Source: the human T2T-CHM13v2.0 reference genome, Homo sapiens. From it: a DNA stretch of 64,000 bases. Within the stretch, counting starts at the first letter, position 1. Each line of letters begins with the position of its first letter. The notes under the pieces were generated by a model. That model did no database searches. It saw nothing but the letters and a program-made list of their open reading frames with translations, and was not told where the DNA came from. A program made the position numbers and the translations under genes. Positions 13,515 to 25,859 of the stretch are shown here, piece after piece. The DNA lies in NCBI RefSeq assembly GCF_009914755.1, contig NC_060937.1; one strand, 5' to 3'.

Positions 13515-13990
13515 AATAATACATTTTAACCATTTTTAAGTGTACAATTCAATGGCATTAAGAACATTCATAATGTTTTGCAACCATCACCACCATCCAT
13601 TTCCAGAACCTTTTCATCTTCCCAAACAGATCCCGTTACACAGTAATTCCCCACAGGAATTCCCGCCGCCCTCCCCCAACTCAGCCGGTTATATCCACTG
13701 TTCTACTTCCTGTCTCTGTGAATTTACCTATTCTAGGAACCCCATACAGGTGCAATCATACAATATTTTCCTTTGTGTCTGGCTCATTTCACTGACTGTG
13801 TTTTCTAGGTTCATTATGTTGTAGCAGGTGTGCAATTTCCATTCCTTTTTCAAGCTGAATAATGCTCCGTCTTGTATTGGCCTATTTTGCCTGTCCCGTC
13901 ATCTGCTGCGGGATGGTGGTAGTGTTCGCGCCTGTGGCTTTTGTGAAGAATACCGCAGTGAAAAGGGATGCACAAGTTTCTGTTTTGGCA
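13515..13990 (-). mobile_element. L1MB-like 3' end
   Basis: ttaaccatttttaagtgtacaattcaatggcattaag...caaccatcaccaccatccatttccagaaccttttcatc. Confidence 0.8.
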
Positions 13991-15751
13991 TTGATTAATT
14001 TTGAAATGTGCCTCACTCTTTTTCCTATAATAGGTAATACTTTTTGACAAGAAATATTAAATATTTTTCCAAAAGTGGTGCAGAATTGGCATTTTTGCTG
14101 TTTTCATAATGGAATAATACTTGAATGGGTATAGGCCCTTATTGGAAGTTCTGGGTTCTAGGTTGGCTGGTTACAGATTTGTGTAAGTCCTCATGCCTCA
14201 CTGTAAATACCATCTTCACGCAGTAGCGAGCCCTTTCACGGCACCTGTAAATGATTAAGTCAATGTAAAGAGAAGACTCATTATCCCTCTTTAGATAAGG
14301 CCAGGAGATTTGTGAGAGAGGTTTTTGCAAGTTCTGTGCAGAACTGCAGTATGGTCAAAGCTGAGCTGTTACCTTATCAGCTGTGTGTGAGCCCTGCAGG
14401 TGTTATGTGGACAGCAGTAGAGAGAAGTCAACAGATTGGATTTTTTTTCTTAATTTCTGTATTGGAAAAACATGGGACAACGGGTGTCTCCTATATTTAA
14501 TTTGTGCTTAGATGTCTACTAGAACCTGATGAAAGTGTTTTTGTTTTCCAGTTAGGAAAACACGCTGTTTCGCTCACAAGGTTGAATGAAGATGGTGGTC
14601 TTTGCGCAATATCCATGTATTAATACATTAATAACAATTGAGCTTATAATAAAGAATTGTGCCCTTTCAAATTATCTGAACTGTCTGCTGTATGTCACAT
14701 TTTACCTTTTTAGAGAAGTGCTAATTCATGTTAAGTCCGCCTGAGAGATTTGTTTAATGAGCAGATTAAATGGATGATTATCCCTCTCAATTTTTTTTTT
14801 TTTTTTTTAAGGAAGGGCTTCTTGTGATGCTCCTCTGTTATTTGGCGCAGGAACACAGAGGGGTCTTTTTAAAATTACCCCTGCAGGGTCACCAGGACCC
14901 AAGCTGTTTGCTTCATTAAACCCTGGTGGCTTCTTTAGAGCCAGCCCCTCCAAACAGCCCTGACACAATTGTATCTAAATTAGCATCTGACTGACCCCTT
15001 TCTCTCCTCTTTTCAAGCCCCTGCTGACAGGGATTGGCAAAAGATGTTAATTGGTTGGGCCTGGCTTGGAACAATAGACTTGCCAAGATGACAAAAGAAC
15101 TAATGTTTCTTTCAATATGCATCCAGATTCACATAAGTACCTCTTTTAATTCCTGGGAATTATTGTAATGCCTGGTCAATGGGATAATTGACCCTCAGCA
15201 GCTAGCTCTTACTCCATAATACAGCATGGCACAGGCCTATCAGAGTAGCAGGTACTAGGGTGATTTGCAGGGGACTAAAAAGAGATTTTCTCAGCCAGCG
15301 TTCTGTGATGTACCAAGGCAGCCCAGTGGGAGTCCCAGAGAGGGGACTAATTTGAGCTTAACAGGGGGAAAATGTGCTAAGAGCCACTAAAACTTATCCT
15401 CAGAATCATAAAGGAGTTGCATAAAGGAATGAGTTAGGAGTTTGAAAGAAGTGAGTTAGTAGCTTGGCAGCTTCGAACTCATATGGTGAAGGATAGGACC
15501 TGGGCCCAACAACTCTAGACAGGTGGAGACGCCGCAGAATGTTGACTTCCACACAGGAAAACACAAGGTTTATTTCCAGCACATACCTTCGCTGCTCGTT
15601 TTATAGAAGAGGCATTTCCAGTTCAGATGTTAGGCTAAATGAGCCCCCAAACCTTTTCTTATCTCACTCTTTACTATCCCAACTTGCTAGAAATCTTACA
15701 GATCGTTTTGCCTGGTACTGAGGCTCTAGAATTTGTTTTAAAAAATTAACT

Positions 15752-16021
15752 GTGGAGAAAAGGGAACCCTTGTACACTGTAGTTTGGAATGTGAATTAAT
15801 ACAACCATTATGGAAAACTATATGGAGGTTCCTTAAAAAGAATAACTAGAATTGTCATATGATCCAACAATCCCACTTCTGGGCATTTACCCAAAGATTT
15901 CAAATCAGTATGTCAAAAAGATGTTTACACTCCCAAATTAATTGCAACACTATTCACAATAGCAGAGTTATGGAATCAACCTAAGTGTCAATCAATGGAT
16001 GAATGGATAAAGAAAATGTGA

Positions 16022-16063
<42 letters not shown>

Positions 16064-16562
16064 GGAATAGTCTTCAGCCTTAAAAAAGAGATTTAGTCAT
16101 TTGCAAAAATATGGTTGGAATTGGAAAACATTATGCTAAGTGAAATAAGCCAAGTACAGAAAGACAGGTGCTGCATGTTGTCACTTACATGTGAAATCTA
16201 AAACAATCAAACTGAAAGATGCAGGGAGTAGAATGGAGGTTATCAGAGGCTGGGGATGGGGGATGGAGAGATGATGGTCAGAGGGTACAGAGCCTCAGTG
16301 AGACAGGAGGAATATGTTTTTTTCTTTGAGATATATTATACAGAGTAGTGAATATAGTAAATAATAATGTATCATACACTTAAAAATCACTAAAAGTAAA
16401 TTTCAAAAGTTCTCTCCACAAAAAGATGCGTATTTGATGTGAGGGATATATTAATTTGCTTGATTTAATTATTCCACATTGTATTCGTGAATCATGGCAT
16501 CACTTTGCACCCCATAAATACATGTAACTTGAATCTGTGAATTTACAACCTAAATTTTTTTT
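15752..16562 (+). mobile_element. L1MA (L1MA2/3-like) 3' end
   Basis: tgtggagaaaagggaacccttgtacactgt...atcactttgcaccccataaatac; TSD aattaactgtg at 15744 and 16563. Confidence 0.85.
16023..16060. repeat. (AC)19 microsatellite within L1MA
   Basis: Read directly from the sequence. Confidence 0.95.
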
Positions 16563-17899
16563 AATTAACTGTGTAAGTATGGTATAGTATGCACTACAGA
16601 GTAGTCTTACTTTGAGGTTTGGGTTGTAATTCCAATCAAGGTTAATGTTTAAAACTAGCTGTCTCCGACCTCCATTACGGTAACAATTGGCACTACATGG
16701 TGCTGAGTGGGAGCTTCATTTTGTGGTTATGACAGCCCAATCTGAGAAGGAGGTGTTTGTGGAAGCACTAAATGCAGCAGTGCGTTGGTCAACTGAGTAG
16801 CCTTTGAGGTCAGATAGCCCTGCGTCTCCCTCCCAACTTGTCACCTGTGTGACTTTTAGCAAGTTACTATCATCCCTACGTGTAGGTTCCTGCTTTCAAA
16901 AAGGGATAAAGAGTTAAAAATAGCAATTTTCTAAAGAATCGCAGAGCAAAGTGAGCTGATCTCATGTTATTCCATACAGTGCCAGATATAGAGTAGTACT
17001 GGATAGGCCATCTGTTGTCATCATTGCCCCAGGATCGCATAGCCAGGAAGGAATAGAGATGCAATTCACACTGACTGCTGTTTGACTCTGAAGCCTACAC
17101 TGTTTCAGGATGCTGCGTTGGCAGTTCATTCCTAAAATTTAAGGGAAAATATCCAAACACCTCAAAAATGGTGAAAAAATAGAAATGCTTGTTTCCATCT
17201 TTTAAAAGAGCAAGTGAGAAAAAAATATATCCATTAAATATAACAAAATTCAGATACATCATTCTGACCTTCTTTGCCAGAAAATTATTTTCCTTTCATA
17301 AAACTATAATATACTTTTTTCTAGTGCATGTCTGCCATGGAAGGAGACCATTTAAGCAAGATATTGATTGTTAGTTCTCAAGTTTATTAGTTTCTCACAA
17401 AGAAAAAGGTCTGATTTATACACCAGAGCGTGGGGTGCATGCCACTGCCTGAAGCTGGTGTAGAGCATCCTTTAGGCTTCAAGGGTCTCAATCAGAAATC
17501 ATGTTGTGTTTGTTCAGATGCTTGATCTGGCGAATAAGTTCAGTCTTTAGAAATTAAGTTATCTTAGGTTAATGTGAATCAAATTTAAAAAATGGTGAAA
17601 AGCAGCATTTTTTGAAGTGATTTGAGTTAGGAAATTAGTATAGTGTACAAAGTCTTTCTGAGCTTCTCTGGGAGCAGCTCTGGTTTTTATCCCAGAAAGT
17701 GTATCCTTTAGCAGGAGGGCTTCTAGCTGACCATGGAAGTCAAAGTTCTAGTCCAGCTTCATTACTAAGCAGCTCTGAGCCCTTGGGTGGTTTTGTCCAT
17801 CACTCCAGGATGTTTGTTCCCTGAGCAGTAAAATGAAGGGACACAACCAGGTGACCTCATATGACTCCTCAGCATTAGACCAAAAGACACTCTCGTCAT

Positions 17900-18950
17900 C
17901 ATCTCACTTGATGTTTGTGCCATTAGATACTTATGGCTACCTCTGCTTCCTGAAACTCTTCTTTGTGGACATCCAAATTATTTCTTGCCTAGTTCCCTCT
18001 TATCCATCTCTTTCCATCTCATTTGCCAGTTCTTCCTTCCCTGGCTTCCATTTAAGTGTGTTTTTCCTTAGAGTTCAGCCCTTCCTGGATTTCCTGTGTT
18101 TTCCTATGGTATCACTTCCATTCCCATGACAATCTGCAATGTGTATGTGTGTATTAAATATTAATATAAATATCAAGTATAAATATCCAGCCCTTACCTC
18201 TTTCTTAAGTGCCAGACTTGGCTTTTCTAGGAACCTCTCCCACTTTACACCTGTGTGTTTACTTGGCCACCTAAACATCAACATACTTGAAAATAAAATC
18301 TATTTTCTACAACCTGTGTACTGATGAGCACCCTTATCCATCTCAATGCTCAGAAGTGGAATGTGGAAGGTTTTTTTATGCTCTTACTATTCCCTAACCT
18401 ACACATCCATCTGTTTCCATCCCTCCTCTCCTTCACCAGTATGTCTTCAAATCCACATTCTCAATGCTGATGTACTGGTGTGGCCCTGTCATCTTCTGCT
18501 CAACTACAGCAGTTACTCCAAACCATAATCCCCTTCCCGCCATGCTTTACCTTATGGTACACCCCTGTCACTGCACAGACAATTGTTAAGGGTCACAGCT
18601 ACCTACAGAGCAAACCCCAGTCTCCTTAGAGGGGCTTCGCAGTGCTCCCCCATGGGGCTTCTGTCTGCCCGCCTCAGCCACCCTTTCTTTAACTCCACCT
18701 CTTGACTCCAAGCCTGGAACCAAGCCATGGCTTTCACATGCCGTGCATCCCTCTGTGGAACGCCCTTCTTCCCCCTTCCCGATTTGTTAGGATTTGGCTC
18801 ACCTTTCAAGCACCAAACTCTCATCATTTGTTAAGGTTTCGCCATGAAAGGTGTTACTGCCTGTGTGGAATCTTCTCCAAACTTCCTAGCAGAATTCATC
18901 TCTTTCTGTGCCGACCCACAGCTCTTAAGCATTTCTGTTCTAAAGTGCTT
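17900..18950 (+). mobile_element. L2 fragments (3' end resumes at ~19600-19720)
   Basis: cacctaaacatcaacatacttgaaaataaaatc; gcagtgcctagcacc...taataagtatttagtgaat. Confidence 0.55.
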
Positions 18951-19130
18951 CTGTTCTAAAATTATGTTGCACTCTACCAGTGCATTGGTCCATTTATCAT
19001 AATGTTGAAACAAAAACATGAAACATTTCTGTGAAATTCTTCTTTATAGAAATCATAGAATTTGTGTAATTATGTACTTAAACCCACGCTAGTGGAGCAT
19101 CTGTCATACTGTGTTACCATCAACGGGTTG

Positions 19131-19600
19131 TGTATCAGTCAGGGTCTAACTGGGGACAGAGAAGCCAGGCTAATTATTTAAAAGATTGTCATTTAATTAA
19201 AGGAATTCATTGCAGATGTCATAGAGGGGACTGAGAGAGAACCTGGGGGTGAACAACAGCAGAAAATCGCCACCACCCTGTGATGAAAGGACCAAGACAA
19301 GAAGCAATAAATATACCAAAGCTCAGTAGCTGGGTCGCTGGGCTCATTAGCTCAGGAGCTGGAGCCCTAGTGGGCCAGTCCAGCAGGGGCGGGAGCAATA
19401 AGTGAATCATGGCCAATTTTGGAAACCTCCAGGCACAGGGGGAGAAGTCCTGGCTTCTCCCTTCTTCTCTAACCTCTTGCCAGCGCTTCCCACTGGGAGG
19501 ACCCAGTTGGAAGGTGCTAGAAAATGCAGCCTGCATGAGTTGGCCCCTGCAGGGGTGAGGCAGAACTGACTCCAGTCCTAGAGACCCAGCACAGACCCAG
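19131..19600. mobile_element. LTR33-like ERVL LTR
   Basis: tgtatcagtcagggtc start and ttgccagcgcttcccactgggaggacccagttggaagg motif. Confidence 0.5.
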
Positions 19601-21279
19601 GCTGTATCTGTCTCCCTCATGTGTTTTCTTAAACACAAGAACCTCATCTTACTTGCTTTTGCAACTGCAGTGCCTAGCACCAAGTAAGGTTTAATAAGTA
19701 TTTAGTGAATTGCAATGAACTCTAAGGTTTCCTTCCAAGACTAAAATTATGTTGTTCTCTACCAGTGCGTTGGTCCATTTATCATAATGTTGAAACAAAA
19801 ACATGAAACATTTACCAAGAAATTTTTCTTTTTTTCTATCGTAGAGTTTGTGTAATTATTTACTTAAACCCATGCGTTAGTGCAGTCTCAATCCTATTCC
19901 TTTATTAACATGAAGCCAGTGCTATTTATCAGCTCTTGGTTGGTTTTGAAAACATTTTCCACCAACTGTGCGTCAGATTAAATACAGGAAGGGAAATGGA
20001 GACATTGATTTAATAAACACTAACAATGTGACAGAAAGGGAAAAAATTATGTTGCAGACCATTTTCACATAACTCATCCTAAATATGCCTTTGAACAGGC
20101 TCCTGCTGGTCTGTGGCCAGGCCCTCTGCGCCACTCAGCACAAACCTTCTGCAGTACAGCCCACAAGGCCGTGGGCACAGCACACCGGGTCTGAGCCAGA
20201 GAACTGTGTCGACGGTACCAGCCTTCCTTTTTAAATTGTCTTGCATTCCCTTGGTGGGGACATTCCAAAGAAGACAGACAGTCCCCGCAGCAGGTGCATG
20301 TGGTGCTGGTGTTCAGCTGCGTGCATTTTCACAGGTTGCTGTCTTGCAGGCGAGTCAACCTTTAGCCTCACCCTTCTGTCACCAGCCCGCTGCAGAATCT
20401 TGTCGATTGCACTGATCAGACATAAAGTTATCGCGTCGGCTGTGCCATGGGATCCAATGTTTGATGTACGTGGTCCAGCGAGGTTGGAGGAAATCTTAGA
20501 AAACACCCCAAGTTCTTTGTTTCCAAATGAGGAAATCGAAGCCCAGAAAAGGGTCACTTTTTGTAGCTTTTGGCCTGTAACTCATGTCACTCCTAACCCA
20601 TCATCATTTTTGTTTTGCTGCACAAGCTCTGGAAGTTGTTTTAAACCTTAACTCTGAACAGAGTGTTACACTGTGGTTGTATTTGTAAATTAGTTTGCTT
20701 CTCTTCTTTCTGCCTCCTCTTATCTCTATTTATGTTTTTCTATATACCTCTTCTTATTACCTTGAGACTTGAACTCAAAAATCACATGTTGGGCACTTGC
20801 TGAGTCCTAGATAATATCCAGGGTCCATATAACTTGGGGTTTTTTTCTGGCACCAACATCCTTATCATCAGTCCAATTGCTCTCACTTCAAAGTCCTTAA
20901 ATCTTGCACTTATTTTCACTTCTTAGTGCGTTAACAGATTGTACACAACTCAGAAGGATTGACTCTAGCCGCCCATGCCTGGTAGTAACCTCTCTTCATG
21001 TCAGTAGAATTTTAGAGTCTTTGTCTTTGAAGTCATCCTCCAACCCAGGCCAGGGCAGGGATCTCTCCTGTCCTAGATATCTTCATGGATACAGTTAGCA
21101 AAGTTGACACCAAATGTTAAGCATAATGAGATTAGCCTGGTTTTCTTCCTTCCCTTGTCTTCCCTTCCCTTCCTTCTTTTTGTCCCCCCATTTAAAGACT
21201 TTCTAAATCTGCAGAGAACCAGTTTTAACTTACTCCGCAGCTGAAATTACCAGATGCAAAGTCAAGGCAAATATGATAC

Positions 21280-21490
21280 AGTAGTAGTTGTTTTGCATTG
21301 ATTATATCTGCTCCTCATAGTAACCCTGAAGTGGTTTTTATAGTCTGCATCTTATGAAGAAATTGAGAAAGACAGAGAAGAGGTAATCTACCCAGTGTCA
21401 CAGAGATGTTAAGCTGCAAAGCTAGGCTATAGTCTTGGGCCTCATGGATTTCACACCTGCCCATTACACTGTGTCACTCACTCTACTGCA
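21280..21490 (-). mobile_element. MIR
   Basis: tcctcatagtaaccctgaagtgg...gaagaaattgagaaagacagagaagaggtaatctacccagtgtcacag. Confidence 0.65.
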
Positions 21491-23641
21491 TTAGGAAGTA
21501 CAGCATCAGCTGGTGGCTATAACAATTACAATTCATACAAATAAGTGTAATTTCAAGACCAATCACTCATTAATGTTGACATAAATAATTTACTAGAAAA
21601 TTCTATTTTGGTGAAGTTTTAAAATAGCATGGCTTTCACTGTGCTAATAAATATTTAAAGAAAGATGTATTTGTTTTTTCCCAGCAAGTATAAAAATAAT
21701 TTCTTCAAAATTCGATGTATTATTTTAAATTAGTTAATAGATGTATCACAGCCATGGACTGCAGAAGTTGTAAAACCTTATTTAATTCTAAAATTTCTTA
21801 AATATCAGAGAATACATTTTTGTTCTTTGAATATTGGAAGCCCCAAAAGATAGTTGACCATGAAGAAGAAGATGAGGGAAATATGAGAAGGCAGATGTTT
21901 GAAGAGAATAATTATCTGTAGAGGGACATGTTTTTAGATTCAATGAATTCATCACTTGTAAAGTGGAAATCCTGGCCAAACCACATAAATGGATTTGAGC
22001 TGACTGCCAGATAAGGAGCATTTCAGAAATAAAAGGGCAATGGTGCAGCTTGAAGGATAGGCTTCCAAAAGCATTCTGATAAAAATAAAATGCCTCAAGA
22101 TGCTCAAGGTTCCTGGGTGATAGATAGGAGCTTTTCCTGGGAAGAGCATCAGTTATTAAAATAGGAAGGAGGGAAATTTGTAACAAGAAATGAAGAGGCC
22201 AAAGTGTGATAGTTGTTGATTGGGCTGCATATGCTTTCAACTATGTGATAGTCCAGTTACAAGGTTACTTGTTGATGGTGGCTCCGTTGTTGCCCAAAGA
22301 GCCAGATCCATGATTAAACAAGAAAAAAGCCAACGTGGTATATTAACATCCAACAGTGAAAAACCAATGTCTGTTACCCAGGACACCAAAGGGAACCCTT
22401 CAGTCCAAAGGGGCTCTTAATTTGGAAGGGAATAAGCAGCAGTTTATGTTATAATATATTATAATTGCTTATTTTAAAGATAATTTGTCCTAGTTTGTGA
22501 AAGCCTCCCCCCCGCAACAATAAATTTTCTATGAATTGCACAAGTCAACACATAGAAAATTTGGATGCAGTGAAACCAAGGATAAGATGATTTGGTGTTT
22601 GATTGGCACTTGTCTCCCATCCCTCCCAGCAGCCGATCCTGGTTATTTCATTTCATTTTGGACCCCACTTGTAACATGATGTTAGAGGACTGCTGTATTG
22701 GTTACTGTGATTATTTTAAATAACTTATTGTGTATTCCTCATAAAAATTATTAAAGGGTGCAAATTGCACCCTGGGGGTTGGTGTTCAAATGGGAGCTAA
22801 ACAGCAAGAAAAGGTAGTTTAAAATACTATTCCTCATAGGCAGAGATACAACACATGTGATCCCCAAAAGTAGATATGAGCAACTGTGTTGCATGAAAAC
22901 CATAGATAATGAATTCTCTTTTTTAAACCTGAACTAAGTAATACCTGGAAAGTAAGTGAAATTCACATGTAAAGGAATGTATATTTTTCCAGATATGAAG
23001 CTACCCATCCTTTAATATGTTCTTTTCCAAAAGTATACATTGTCCTTTTTACTCAAAATGTTCAGGTAAGCCCACAGTTAAGACTCAGACCTGAGGGAAG
23101 ACAACATCAGTTCATCTGGGGAAAATATAGACAAGGCCTCCGCTAAAGCATCCAGCATATGGCAGATGATGTCAGCCAGGGATAGCCACTTACAACATTT
23201 AGAATTGGTGTGATTCTTATCTGAGCGTACCCTCTCCTTTATAACTGTATTCAGATCTCCACATCTGAGAGACTGGAGGGATTTGGGTTTTGCATTTTTG
23301 GTTTCGGGATGTGAAAGAATGTATATCTTTCTGCTGAGGAGGGCTGTCTGAGCTCTGAGTTTGTAGAAGGTGCTGCGAGGTGGGCTGCGGGAGCCTCAGG
23401 ATTCTCTACCCCTCCTCCAGCTCCTGCCCTAAGAGACTACAGTGTCACTTTAAGGGAAGTTTACCCTCCCTCAACCCACTTCCCTACTTCCAGGTCAGCC
23501 CTTACCTGTCAGAGCCCATCACTGCCCCTCATACTCTGAAACTAGTCTCACCTGAGTCGGCAGCTGGCTTTTAATTCCAATTCCAAAGATTTTCTGTATC
23601 TTTCTTATAGACCTCTCTGTACTTTTGTCAGTTTTGGGAGA

Positions 23642-23951
23642 TTTTCTTGAGACAGAGTCTTGCTCTGTTGCTCAGGCTGGAGTGCGGTGGTGCTGTCATA
23701 GCTCACTATAACCTCGATCATAGCTCCCATAACCTTGAACTCCCACGCTCAGGCAGTGCCCCCACCTCAGCCTCCCAAGTAGCTGGGACCACAGACATGT
23801 ACTACAAGGCCTGGCTAATTTTTCAACTGTTTATACAAACAGGGGTCTCGCTATGTCGTCCAGGCTGGTCTCGAACTTCTGGGCTCAAGCAATCCTCCCA
23901 CCTCAGCCTCCCAAAGTGCCAGGACTACAGGTGTGAACCACTGCGACCAGC
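23642..23951 (-). mobile_element. AluJ
   Basis: Reverse Alu with AluJ-like ctcgaacttctgggctcaagcaatcctcc; internal ~22-bp tandem duplication at 23696-23738. Confidence 0.9.
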
Positions 23952-24628
23952 GTTGTTTTGTCTTGAACTCACTTCCTTTGGTTCTTTAAAACCCTTCTTC
24001 AGATTCTTTTTGTGTTCCAGCTAGCCCAACTCCTTCTCGGCCTTTTCCCTCTTCTGTAACTTACAGGTTTGGGTTCTACACCTCAGCATTGAGCCCGTAG
24101 ATACTGGCTCATTCTTCCTGAATGGTCCTTGTACTCTTCTGGCTTCCATTCATACCTGCACGTGTATGACCTCCAAATCTAAATCTCTGAAAAGTTAGGT
24201 CACCCTTCCTGGTGCTGGACTCAGTGACCCAGTGCCCTCCAGATGTATCAATCTACACACATTATTAACACACACACACACATCCTAAGCTCGGCACTTG
24301 TGAAAAAGATGTCTTTGTGTTCCCCTGCCCACTTCCTCCTCTGCCTGTGTTTCTGCCTTAGTAAATGGCTCCACCATCCACCAGCTCACAGAGCCAAAAG
24401 CCGAAGTCCTCCCTCTTACCAGACTCATCAGTCACCAGGCCTGGTAATTTGCCAAGTCTCCTTGCAGGCTACCCTGCCCAGCCTCACAAGAACCTCACGG
24501 TCTCTGGCCAGGATGCCCATGGAGGCCCATCCTGCAGCTTCTGGTGCTCTGAGGCTCCCATGCCCTTCCTCTGCCTTTGACAGACTCCTTTTCCTAAATA
24601 CTGTCAACATTTCTTTATTTTGCTTTTA

Positions 24629-25155
<527 letters not shown>

Positions 25156-25200
25156 TCAAATTATCTGAAAAATTATCAGACATCAGAAAAACTGAGTTGA

Positions 25201-25522
<322 letters not shown>

Positions 25523-25790
25523 TCATATTTTGTTCTACGTGTAATTTATTTACTTGTGAAATCTTGTACTGTCATGAAAGACTTAGGTCTAAAGCTGAAT
25601 ATGCTATTTTGATTGATTAGGTGATATGTTGTAGAACCGTATAATATTTATGGTTTGAAGTATAGTTTATGGTATTTATTTGATCGAATGTGTATTAAAG
25701 TGAAAAGTATATTGAAATATTAATATAGTTCTAAACCAGATTAAGTAAATAACGTATTGAGGTAGTGAATCTTTTTCCTTCTATAGTTTA

Positions 25791-25859
25791 TTTGTTAGAT
25801 TTTTGTAAAACCATTGTTAGATTTTGTAAAACCATTTGTTAGATTTTGCAAAACCATTG
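25791..25859. repeat. Tandem repeat, 3 x ~22 bp (TTGTTAGATTTTGTAAAACCAT)
   Basis: Read directly from the sequence. Confidence 0.9.

Noticed and set aside
22449-22464. 16-bp palindrome ttataatatattataa
   Set aside because: Low-complexity AT sequence; expected by chance.
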